NCBI GenBank assembly: GCA_950097015.1
Contig: CATNEN010000011.1
Coordinates: 3,534,001 to 3,598,000, forward strand
Origin: Macrostomum hystrix
Lineage: Eukaryota; Animalia; Platyhelminthes
Direction of reading: 5' to 3'
DNA: 64,000 bases
This document shows positions 25,101 to 36,475 of the stretch, one piece after another (positions within the stretch are counted from its first letter, which is position 1; every line of letters begins with the position of its first letter). The notes under the pieces are model-generated. The model made no database searches. It saw nothing but the letters and a program-made list of their open reading frames with translations, and was not told the origin of the DNA. A program made the position numbers and the translations under genes.

Positions 25101-26911
25101 GTCCGCATGCCCCAGTGTGAGACACGATTGCCAGCTGAGCACTGCAGATGGCAACTCGTTAAATGCCTCACTTATCGATCTGGTTAGTGCTGATCTCTAG
25201 TCAATTAAGTTTGTCCCCATTCAGACATGGTAAAATTCATTACCTTTCAGTCAATCTCTGAGCCTCATGGACCAGCATGCTTGAGTTCAGTGGCGTCTCG
25301 CTTGTCAGTGGTCGCCCAGCTATCGACCATTGCTGGCTCAACGATCAAATGCCGACTTGTGAATGGTGGATTTCAATTGTACTCAGTCCCACTGCTGAGC
25401 TGTGAGTAGCCTAGTTTATTTCAATCACTTTACAGTCGTTCATATTTGGATGACGCCACTGTTGAAACTATTGCCAGGGTCTCATGACATACAACCAGAC
25501 TTTTCACAATGGACTGGCAGATATTCACAAACTGCTTTTAATATCTCTGTGAGACATGCAGCAGACCTTTCACTACTGGCTGAATGCACCTTGCAAAATC
25601 AATGTGGAGGCGTTGAAGAAGCAAGGATGAGTTCAGTAAGAACATATTGTGCATTTAACACGGTTCTCAAAAAGCCTTTGGCAGTTTCCTATCTGAGACT
25701 TGAATGTGTACAAAAAGCAATTTTACTGTAGATGCGGTCGAGAACATCCAATAAATTTACGACAACGTTCGGATTTCAAAAGGCGTCGTTCAGCGCTTGC
25801 ACTCGAAGTGTGAATTGCAGCTTTTCAGCTGCAGGACTGCAAGCGGTAACAAGGTCCTTCTCTCCTCCAACAGGTTAGGGTCTTGTTCATTTCTCCTACG
25901 AGTATGTTTTGTGCTCTAAACAAGCTATGGTGACAGATTATATTGCTAAGAAAACTGCGACATAAGTACAGGAAAGATTAAAAAAAGTTTTGCGATTGAG
26001 TTCATCCGATTTCTGAGCACAAATCACTAAAATTTTAGCTGATCCGGAGACTGCAAGAATTGAGCTGCTGCAACCTGGGCTGTTGTCACTAACTGGGTTG
26101 ATTCAGTTCCGAGTCGTGTCTGAGTCCACCTGTGCGTTTGTAAGGCACCATTGCGAGTTGACAACTACCAGTGACGTCCCACCGATCATTGCTAAGCAAT
26201 TGGAAACTGTATGGGTGCTCCCAAGACATTTTTATTATATATTTGTTTGAGTAAGTTTAAATTGAAACTTTAATAACGTGATTTACATGAATCTGAGCAC
26301 ACATTTTCAGACGGTCTCAGATCCAGTTGGGCCCAGCTGTCTGAGCTCAGTGGTAACACACTTCGCTATCGTCGCTCATCCATCTGGCATCGCCAGCTCG
26401 GCAGTCATCAAATGCCGACTGCTCAACGGCAGTTTCGCGCTGCTCAAGCTACCCAGCCCGAATACTAGTGAGTTTGCGAATAGAAAACTGGCATGCTGAA
26501 TTCAGCAGCTGCAACTAAAACGAATCGAACCTGCAACACCACACACACAGCTGGCGTCAGGGTTGCTGAAGTCTGGGAGCGGCCAGTACTCATAACTTCG
26601 TTGCTGATTGCGATTCTAGTCATCGTGGCTTTGATAGTTTTTGGCTGCGCAGCGCACGTGAGACCGTCCGCGAACCGCCAGTCTGAGACCGCTACGGAGA
26701 TGCCAGCTGCTGGACGAGTTGCCGGCTTCAACCCGTACCAGACCAGTGCGTGTGGGCCGGCTGTGAGTGTGTTTGAGAATTATTTATTTTTTTGGACTTT
26801 GCACAGTTTTATTAAATGTTCATGATCCATTTCTGTGTCGATTTTTAGATTAATTACGACGAAGTTTACATTGAGTGACGTCCATCTTTCCTGCAGTTGT
26901 CTTCCAAGTAG
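19162..26911 (+). CDS. CUB-CUB-(Ig-like)3-TM receptor paralogue 3, apparently intact, ~670 aa
   Basis: Eleven exons with consistent phases and no internal stop: 19162-19213 (signal), 19711-20100 (CUB1), 23566-23925 (CUB2), 24008-24159 + 24255-24393 (module 1), 25016-25182 + 25251-25401 (module 2), 26039-26208 + 26311-26467 (module 3), 26506/26509-26762 (TM LITSLLIAILVIVALIVFGC + tail), 26897-26911 (LSSK*). The last exon is the least certain. Confidence 0.82.
19397..19662 (+). mobile_element. SINE family 1 (intron 1 of paralogue 3)
   Basis: GGGGTTGTAGCCTAGCGGTTA head and family-1 body at the same intronic position as 2337-2610. Confidence 0.75.
20390..20960. repeat. Unclassified GC-rich insertion in intron 2, shared only with paralogue 4
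   Basis: Reverse complement of 33100-34040 (internally deleted here); absent from the equivalent intron of paralogues 1 and 2; no open frame conserved. Confidence 0.65.
21200..23540 (-). mobile_element. Probable decayed LINE 3' portion (private to paralogue 3, intron 2)
   Basis: About 2.3 kb absent from paralogue 4. Minus-strand LLLSGLKVYVSNSLSNGVFPLSPFCNCGHGSESDDLIIF resembles the C-terminal SPxCxCG..E...H..F zinc knuckle of LINE ORF2; HWVP resembles RNase H. Weak. Confidence 0.35.
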
Positions 26912-27538
26912 ATGGCAAGGACTACTAGACTAGATATAACGACGTATTCCAGTGGTCCTTGATTGATGGATTATAATTTATCTTTTGTGGAAATGAATAA
27001 CACGGAACACTGATGACAGTCGCATGGAGAGTTCGGTCTTGGCCACTGCGGGGAAGGGTTCGTTTTGTTTTCGAGTGTATTCGAGGTTCTAGAACGATGG
27101 GTGACGAAATTTCTTGAAAACAAGCAAACAAGTCATGCCCGACCTACGCCTTATTCGCTATTTCAATAAGCAACAACTATCAATAAAAATGTACACATAC
27201 TTTAGGCGAGTATTGGCTGCGCAGTATGTTACTTACCGCCCCGATTGTCAATGCCTGTACTCAGTCAGTAAGTTGACTTTTTATTTATCGGTAGGGCATA
27301 TAGGGTCAAAATATCTTTTAAACAAGTGACGATTTTTCGCTCGGCAATTAAAATAGTAAATGTCCTTGTTTGGACTTTCTGTTCTTGTACTTTCACTAAT
27401 TGAATTATCTCTAGCTATAGGTCAGAGCAGTACAAATATCACGTACTTGTACTGCCCTTTATTCCAGGTTCATACTACATATATTTCGTTTTTTCTTCAG
27501 CTGTTACTTATTCCAGAACATCATTTGTTTTTTTACAA

Positions 27539-27855
27539 GTAAACACCACACTCCCAGGCACGAAGGCAGACAGAGACAGCAGATGCGACACAGCAGAGAG
27601 CGAACGAGGGAAGGGCACCGTCTATGGCCCACATACGATATATTTGCAAATAAATTATTTCAAAGGAAGTATTCAAAATGCACACAAAAAGGCAAAAGCA
27701 AGAAAGAAAAAAGGAAGCAAGGAAAAAGAAAAAAATTTCACACCACGCAGCGCGAAGAGACAAGGCTGGGCAGCACGGGGGTGCCGGCTGAAATACAACC
27801 CAGCTAAGAGCGGAGGGGTGGGTGCCTGGGGTGGGTGCCTGGGGTGGGTGTTTAC
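27539..27855. mobile_element. MITE-like element
   Basis: Imperfect ~21-bp inverted termini GTAAACACCACACTCCCAGGCAC / GTGCCTGGGGTGGGTGTTTAC; not seen in the duplicate region near 6.1 kb; no clear TSD. Confidence 0.45.
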
Positions 27856-28667
27856 ACCCAATCAGCGAGCGCCGATTGGACACTAAAACAATACGCAAGG
27901 AAGGACGAAAAAAGTCACATTTATGCAGGTCGCAACACTCGTGTTTCATAGAATGGCGTTTTGAAGGACAATTCCCTGTAAGCTATAGCGCAAGTCACCC
28001 GTACTGTGCTACCACAATCAGTAAAATGACTCATATAAAAAGCATGCAGTACTCGTAACAGTGATTTTATAGGACGATAATTTATTTGTGGCATTTTCTT
28101 AAACCGTACTTGACAGTCGCTTTTACATTGCCTTAAGTTATAAGTCACTGTGCGATGTTGGAGTAAACAAATGTTCTAGCTCATTAAGCTATCTAAATCT
28201 GAGACCGCAATCTTGGCATGTATAGTTGCATATAGTTTACCTGATAGACAGCAACGATGCAGCAATGGTGAATACACAGGCAGGAAGTAATAAAATCAGT
28301 TAAAGTCACCAGTTTATATTTTGATTAAAAGTTTTAAATAATATATTTATTATGGTTGATTGTCGCTGAAAATCATTCAAGCAGTTCTTGTCGCGCAGAA
28401 ATAGACAGAAAATTCAATTTCTCATCCATGATTACGCTAATTTTATGCTTATTCATTCATTTTGCTTCTCATCCGCGATATGTTTTATTCCGAACAGTGA
28501 GTTGAATCAAACAGAATGTTTACTTTTTATTTGATTAAAAGCTGAAACTACACAAATTCATCGTTTCCAGACACAGTACGAGATCAATCGTAAATCAAAA
28601 ACTTACTTTAGACTGCAAAAATGTTCAGTTACATTTAATATTTATGATGTGCTAGCTATGCTCACAG

Positions 28668-28920
28668 GAGCCTATCAGCAGGTAGATTGGTGCTCGATAA
28701 TCAAGACTTAACAAATGGCTGCGATCAAGCTAACTCTATTTAATGAAGCGAGCATTTGTGATACAGTTTGTCTCCATGAGAGAGCGGAACTGAATGTGCA
28801 AAGATGGAGAACTTTCTCATCCGAGGCAAAGAGGCTGCTCTGTCGGAGTTCAGGCTAGCCGGTCCTGTCATTCTTCGCTGCACTGGGCGAAGAGCTTTTC
28901 TATTCAAGATATTTGACTTT
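28668..28920 (+). pseudogene. Decayed, divergent CUB1-like exon (duplicate of 4788-5040)
   Basis: TGAYQQVDWCSIIKT*QMAAIKLTLFNEASICDTVCLHE... Same frameshift as the 4.8-kb copy but a different stop codon. Confidence 0.7.
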
Positions 28921-29436
28921 TGATTCGTGTATGCTTGGAGAGAGACTTTTAGAGTGCAGTTTATTAGCATTGTTAAATTTCAAGTTGGTAGATCCTTTTT
29001 AATGTTTATTTTGTTTGGCATTGCCATCTGCAGATGTAAATGAAAGCGATCACCACACATCAGGTCCACCAACTAAAGTTATAAAAGGAAGTGGCGGTAT
29101 TCGTTCTAGTACCATATTCTGCGTATTGGCCAACAATTCTGACTCAGATCAACACAGGTGTTGAGCATACAACCGGACGAGCTTGGTTTCACTTCGGCAT
29201 GGAGTCGGCCTTTCTTAAAATAATGGCTGGACCACACAAATGTTACTGAGAGTAATTAAAGTTACGCGTAAAACAAAAGGCAACTTGTTAATTAATTTAA
29301 ATACGGGCTATATTGCTAAAGTGTAGAAAAACTGAAAAAAGGCTGCTGAAACACACTCACAGCCGGTCTTCAAGCACTATTCTGGTACGGCTTGAAGGCG
29401 GCAACTCGACCAGCAGCTGGCATCTCCATGGCGGTC

Positions 29437-32400
29437 TCAGACTGGCGCTACTGATGGCCGGACACGCGCTACGCAGCCAAAAACAATCAAAGCCACGATG
29501 ACTAGAATCGCAATCAGCAACGAAGTTATGAGTACTGGCCGCTCCCAGACTTCAGCAACGCTGCCGCCAGCTGTGTGTGCGGTGTTGCATGTTCGATTCG
29601 TTTTAGTTGCAGCTGGTGAATTCAGCACACCAGTTTTCGATTCGCAAACTCACCAGTATTCGGGCTGGGTATCTTGAGCAGCGCGAAACTACCGTTGAGC
29701 AGTCGGCATTTGATGACTGCCGAGCTAGCGATGCCAGATGGATGAGCGACGATTGCGAAGTGTGTTACCACTGAGCTCAGACAGCTGGGCCCTACTGGAT
29801 CTGAGACTGTCTGAAAATTTGTGTTTAGATTCATATAAATCACGTTATTTAAGTTAAAATGTTGACTTATTTGAGTAGTGAAAAGAAAATAAAATGTCTT
29901 GGAAGCACCCATACAGTTTCCAATTGCTTAGCAATGATCGGTAGGACGTCACTGGTAGTTTTCAGCTCGCATTGGTGCCTCACAACCGCACAAGTGGACT
30001 CAGACACAACTCGGAACTGAATCACCCTGGTTAATGACCACAGCCCAGGTTGCAGCAGCTCAATTCTTGCAGTCTCCGGATCGGCTAAAATTTTAGTGCT
30101 TTGTGCTCAGAAATCAGATGAACTCCTATCGTAGTGAGCTGCTTGTTTCTTGGCTTAGCAGCTAGCTCCCACTCCTGCAACTACTTCGTAGTTAGCCATT
30201 GTCGCTGTATGTTTAGTTCAGTTTAACTCTGTCTCTAATCCATTAGTTAGAAATTAGTTGGTGTCTTTAGTGTGTCTTTTTAGGAGAACTGTCGCCGCTA
30301 TTTCCATGGATTTTCCATGGCAGTTTGGCACTCCCGCGGATTTTCCGTCTGCCTAAATCTTTCCAGCAAATGAGAGCCCGTGGAAGGCGCCAGCCAATGG
30401 CAGGACAGGAAGGAGGTCCAGCCGTCTATAAATACGAGACAGACGCGAGCCCAAAAACTCAGATCCTGCCCCGAGGCCCACGCAGCCGCGCGAAACTGAG
30501 TTTGGATAAGCTCAAGAAACCGACAACTTGAATAAGTTCACTCGGAGTCTCTAGGATAAGAGTTTTCATCTAACTTGAAGGACAAGGACTACAAGACTCT
30601 CTTGGATAAGAGTTTCCTCCTAAATTAGGAATTAAGTAAAGGACTTGTTTGAATATTTCTATGTTATAGAAACATACATTTGAAAGGACTCTCTTGGATA
30701 AAATTTTTAATAAAAGTTTCCTTCAGACCCCATGCAGGCTTTAGAAATGACTCTCTTGGAGAATAATTTCCTTCAGCTAAGTAAATTACTTCAGTCAGCA
30801 TCGTTCAAGCAGCATTGTATTCGTTGTGGAACTTGTCCACAGACAACTGTCTCAGAGTCTCGACTTTCAGGTGTTAATTATTTTCTGATAGGTCTAAGGC
30901 GTGAGAAGTCTCATGAGACAATCGACCCTTCAGACCACGGTGGCAGCCAACCTACCGTTTATTTTAGGAAGTCTACACCAGGTGTTTTTTTAGGAGCACG
31001 TCGTCAGATCGACATCTGAGCGTCACCCTGCTTGTCTACATCAAAAAATTCTTGTAGTAATCTCAGTACCTGGAGGCACAGTTTTCAATGTAAGTGGCAA
31101 TATAATTTGTCACTTGCTTGTTTAAAACATAAAACATACTCGTAGGCGAGACAACCAAGACCCTAACCTATTGGAGGAGACAAGGACCTGCAGCTGAAAA
31201 GCTAGCTGTACTTCACACTCTGAGTGCAAGAGCTGAATGACGCCCTTGCTGGCTGGCTTCATCAACGCCTTCACATTCACTTTACTAGCAAAGAAATTTT
31301 GCAGCCAGTACTGAAAAGTATGCGGCATGTCTCACAGAGATATTAAAAGCTGTTTGTGAATATGTGCCAGTCCAGTGTGAAAAGTCTGTTTGTATCTCTG
31401 TTTGTATCTCTGTTTGTATCTCTGGCAAACTCTGTTTGAGACCATGGCAATAGTTTCAACAGTGGCGTCATCCAAATATGAACGACTGAAAAGTGATTGA
31501 AAGAAACTAGGCTGCTCACAGCTCAGCAGTGCGAGTGAGTACAGTTGAAATCCACCATTCGCAGGTCAGCTTTTGATCATTGAGCGAGCAATGGTCGATG
31601 GCTGGGCGACAACTGACATGTGAGACGCAACTGAACTCAAGCATGCTGGTCCATGAGGCTCAGATTGTTTCTAAGATGATATTTACGCTTGTATTATGCT
31701 TTTTTTTCATTTTTCAACTAATATGTTTTAGCAATAAGTATGTACTGACAAATTACGTCTTGTCCTTGTCACCAGTGTGTTCGGCAAGAATTTGTGAATC
31801 TTGCATATGGTGGCAATGGCAATCTAGCATATGGTGGACTTTCACGAAAATCGGTCATTTGTTTTGCGAGCTATCGTGAAGTTGGCTGTGTGTGTTTGAA
31901 ATTCCCCCCTGGTCTTTCCCCAAATGGAAACATATAGCGTCGTCATCGTACTGTTAGCAATAAGCAATAATCTAACACTGTAATTAACAGGGACCTACAC
32001 GAAGGCAATTTTAGATCCTGTAGAACTGACACTCCATAAAGTCTACACTTGATTTGGCGAATGCAGGCATTTCTTGATAGACTGCCAAGATGCACTACTG
32101 ATTTGATCGACTTGTAGCCGTGCGAGTAGTGCGACCACTAAAAATAGTTTGAGAATTTACGGTTTGAATTTTCAATGACGTTTAAAGTTATTGCAGTTAT
32201 CAAAGCAACAGTGAGTCGGATTGTATCGTACGGAAATTGGAACTGCGTTTTCAGAGCAGCTCAGCCAAATAAGGCAATAGTCAAGATGATAGATGTCGTG
32301 GTGCAAAAGCGAAATGAATGTACCATTCGATGCTCTTCCAGTCCAGTGATGAAACATAGTTTGCATATTCAGTTTGACGCAATCTTTTGAAATAAATACG

Positions 32401-35005
32401 CATGGTTATTTTTAAAAAGTGATATAGCACGTGCGATAGTAAAAGCAGTAGAGCTTTTAGTAATTAAACCTGCCTACCTGTGCACAAGCCATCACAAACT
32501 GAAAATCGAAACCAAAATCCGGAATTTACAACTGAGTGATCAGTTCTGAAGACCAGAGTCACACTGCCCGTAACGTTGATCGCAACGTTTCTGTGAGGCC
32601 CACCAGTGATGTTAAATAGGGATTCGTTTGTCACTGTTGGAAAGATCCCATTGAACACTTGCAGCATGTCAAGGCCGCTTTCGGATTCAAACAACTCAAT
32701 GTTAATATGAACAGTTTGATAACTCTCGGCGTGAATGCTCCATGCTTCGACTGTGTTGTCAAAATAATGATAATTGGTGAAGCCTGGGTGGCTAGTTCTT
32801 TGACCGCTGACTTCCTCGATTATCTCGACTGATGGAGCTGTAGAAACGAAGGTATTTGCAATATGATTATTAAACTTTTTATAGGGAATAAGATAAAATC
32901 TTATAATGCATGTAAAATCATCAAATGAGATTATTGTAATACAATGGAGTAACATCTCAAAAGCTGTGGTGATTCTTAAAATCGCTTCGTTTTTTGGCGG
33001 GTCTTAAAATAGTGATATTTCAGGCACTTCTCATTTGTCCGTTTACATGTATTGCGTACTTGCAATGATACACTGCCCAAGAAAAAAGTATAATTATAAG
33101 TTAAAAATCAATCAGCTTATTAACATGATCCGGCTCAGTTTCGGCTTATGTTCGACGCCTGCACCCTCAGTCATCCTTGGGAGCTGACCAAGCTGGTCTA
33201 CAGATCTCCGAGGCGTCGAAGCTGGCTTTCTGATTGCAAAGCCTCTCCTGGCTTCCCTCTGAGCGCTTTGGCCTTTGCCTTGGACAGGACAGGCGCCGGC
33301 ATGTTGTCTGTGTTTGTGGCTCGACAGCCCCTGCATCAGCAAGCATCCTGCAGTGACCGAAGCTTTCTAAGACACCCCGGGCCACCTGCTAAATTTAATT
33401 CCATCCCGCAATCTTGCTTCTTGCTCAAAGCGCATCTGCCTGTGCAGTGATGTTAAGTACACAGGTCGCTTCTGAAGAATTTCTGTGGTGCTCCGAAAGC
33501 CGATTCTGCCTATTATCTGTCAAGGTTCGCCTAGGCTGCGCTATTAGGCAACTCCCGACTTTCCTTGGCCTCAACGGGCGGGTCTTCCTTCTGCTCCTTC
33601 GCTCTCCAGACACAGCGCTGAGATCCTTACCCTAGACTAGTTTGCTGACTCGCTCACCCGCTCGCTCACTTGCTGTTGAAAACGCAGCGGCCATCCTGTC
33701 AAGGTGGAAAGTTAAGCAACCCAAAACGCTGTGACAAAAATCCGGCCCGGAAATCGTCCAGCCGATTCAGCAGGTGGTGCCAGCTGCGCTACGCATTGGT
33801 CCTGCACTTCCCCCAGACTTTGCCCTTCAGAGACCTGATGGCACGTGCCGGCGTTCCAGACGTGAGCGTCACCAAGTCCCGTTACCCTTCTACATCAGTC
33901 GACGGAGTGGAAGTGCCGTGGCCAAACGGCGAACTGTGACACTGACAGACTGTTTTGTGGCTGACTTGTAGGCGATGGGTCTCAGTCCTCAGACCACGCA
34001 CAGACGCCTGCAATTCCCGTCTGTTTTGCTAGCGCGTGAGCGCAAGAACTGACTATAGCATTTGCGATTCTCTATCCCTCTATATATATTTTATTTGTGA
34101 ATAAAAAAATTCCAAAAAACGAATTTATTGCAAGTATATAAGAAATACGATTTTCCTTTCATTATAATCCAAGCTTGCCAGAGTACCAGTGCACCAGAAT
34201 CAATTTTGCACAAAATTACCGCGGTAAAAACTCACTTCGCAATGGGCCCAGTCCAAGGAAAGTCACATTAAAAGAAGCAACAGCCCGATAGCTGAACTCG
34301 AAGCCTGATATCCAGTTCGCCCCGTAATTCTTGCACCGAATCAGAACCGGGCTTGGCAGCCAAAACTCTGACAGAGTTACGTCATCAGGTCTGAGTCTGA
34401 AGCGCTCAGTGCTATTGCTTGGCGACACAGTCATCTCATGCAAGTGAACTGTACGGCAGATGCCGTCAAATATGAAGTACGTCAACTTTATTGCAACAGA
34501 AGCGGTCGTTCTGATAACCCAGCAGTGATCGACCTCAGATCCTGCGCCTCGATAGTTGGTTGCAACAGCTGTTGCTCTAGCAGTGCCCGCCGGCAGGCTC
34601 AGATTGGTGTATGTCAAGCATGAACCTGGGTGTGTTTTATTCAACGGTTAGTTTAGGGCAGATTTGAGTTTTTTAAATAAAAAAGTGAAATATTGTTCCA
34701 GTAGAGCCAGGGAATCGAACCCCCGACCTTCAAGATGCTGTAACTGCTAAGCTACAACTCTCTTCGTCAGGGAAATTGTATAACTTATGCACGCTACGCT
34801 CGTATCACGCGTGAATTTAATTATTACTCTCAGCAGGGTAACTCAAAGGAATTTTGTTTAAAATCTGTTAAACGTTTTGTATCGTTTCAAACAGCCCTAC
34901 AAGCTGAGTATCTCATTTGAATTGTTTCTGAATTTTTTTGTATTCTAACTTACCGACCAGACCGACGGAGCTAGCCATCAACAACACTATGATTTTGGCC
35001 CACAT
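29437..35005 (-). CDS. CUB-CUB-(Ig-like)2-TM receptor paralogue 4 (module 2 decayed, tail truncated)
   Basis: Exons 35005-34954, 34625-34236, 32837-32478, 32383-32232, 32137-31999, 30084-29915, 29810-29654, 29612-29437 (stop 10 aa after TM). Module-2 exon 1 is missing, and exon 2 (31670-31520) has TGA at 31568-31566. Confidence 0.7.
30290..30732 (+). mobile_element. Solo-LTR-like insertion
   Basis: Starts TG after a purine tract and ends CA; contains CCAAT (~30391), TATAAATA (~30428) and AATAAAA (~30710) in order; absent from paralogue 3. Boundaries are tentative. Confidence 0.4.
33100..34040. repeat. Unclassified GC-rich insertion in intron 2 of paralogue 4
   Basis: Inverted, longer copy of 20390-20960. 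Confidence 0.65.
34690..34770 (-). mobile_element. SINE family 1, head only (intron 1 of paralogue 4)
   Basis: GGGGTTCGATTCCCTGGCTC B-box region; the body is deleted. Confidence 0.6.
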
Positions 35006-35631
35006 AGCCAAGTGCAGTGAACTCAAATGCTGTCTCGAAGTGTCTAACTGACTTGTAATATATGAAAGGAATTGTTAGCAATGAACTACAAGGATATCTA
35101 GGAAATGCGCGCTCGTTCCACTGATTATACGAGTATTTATGGCTTTAGAAACACACCCCAGAAGAGACTATTTATCCAGTCTTGCGTTGATCAAGGTTGA
35201 AAATAACGCTATTAACGTGTTAAAGCCCTGCACGGTACTATTGTACGAGCTAATTATGAATTCAGCTCCTATTTAGACGACCAGTTTTCTTATATAAATT
35301 TATAGCCTATTGAACGCAGAAAATGTTGCGTTTATTTATTAATTTACTTGGACACATCATGAAGTATATTTAGGCCTTGATTTGGAATTGATTATGGAAA
35401 TAGCAACGGAAGCTTCTAGCTTTAATTAAAGCAATTATAAGCAACTTTGTCGTTTGTCTTTATAGCTAGCAACATGTTGTAGAATAAAATGTATTTGGAA
35501 AATTATTTAAATGAAATGCTGTCCTTACTGCGCCTGCGTTTGGATTCGATTCTGGCAAATTTTTTTGTTAGCTGCGACGTTTGCATGTCTATGTAAACTA
35601 GCTCGTATATGATTAAACTTGTCAGTTTGTA

Positions 35632-35908
35632 ACGGGTGTCCCAAAAAGTTTCTGACAAAAAGAACTTACAGTTGTCGCATTTTTAAGCAAAATATTGTCT
35701 ATGGCAGCTGTGTAGGCAAAGCTTGGCAGAAAAGCTAGCGTACACTTCTGTGCTCAATAACTCGCCTCTAGAGCAATTTTTCGTAACCAAATTTTTGTGG
35801 GAAAAACTTACATATGTTTACTGTAGACCTGTTAAATTACTGGGCTATAGGCCTAACTGCTCACTCACAGTGAGCGCACAAAGTGTTACCCTTTTTTGGG
35901 ACACCCGT
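35632..35908. mobile_element. Tc1/mariner-type MITE
   Basis: TIRs ACGGGTGTCCCAAAAAG / CTTTTTTGGGACACCCGT flanked by a TA duplication (35630-31, 35909-10). Confidence 0.8.
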
Positions 35909-36099
35909 TATTTGTTCGGTTCACCCAAAGGTATTTGCTATTTCGCTTCGGATCGCATTGGGCAGCACAATAACTTTCTATCTCAATAAATATAATTGCC
36001 TGCGTGGAGCCATAGCTCGCGACTGTTCGAATCGCTAAATCCAAAAGCTGCGGCTGTGCTATGTGCTGGAAATCTTGCCAAAGAAGGGAAGGTGTGGTC

Positions 36100-36475
36100 G
36101 ATTATTTTATTAATATTTTTAGTAAGGTATATTGTCTTTACTTTGACTGATGCACGAAGCTTATTATTATTTGTAGAAGGGTTGTGGGCAATGGCACATA
36201 ATGTTGTGCCACTGGACCCGCAGACAGCAGCGAGGAGGCAATTTTACCCATCTCGCTGACTCCTGAGCACACACTGAGCACATTCTGTACGCAGGAACAC
36301 GATCACAAAGGTGTATACATCTGTCCTGATTTTCTCATTATAGGTTGGCCCTGAAGAGCGTAAATGGCACGCAATGGCTGCTTGCGCCCCAAATGAATGC
36401 GGCCTCGCCGCGGAATCGAGCTCAAGGACCTTGGTGCGAGAGGTAAATACGTTAACCGCTCTGCCACCCACCCTC
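36100..36475 (-). mobile_element. SINE family 2
   Basis: Homologous to 18435-18845 including ~150 bp of flank, so it is part of the segmental duplication. Confidence 0.65.
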
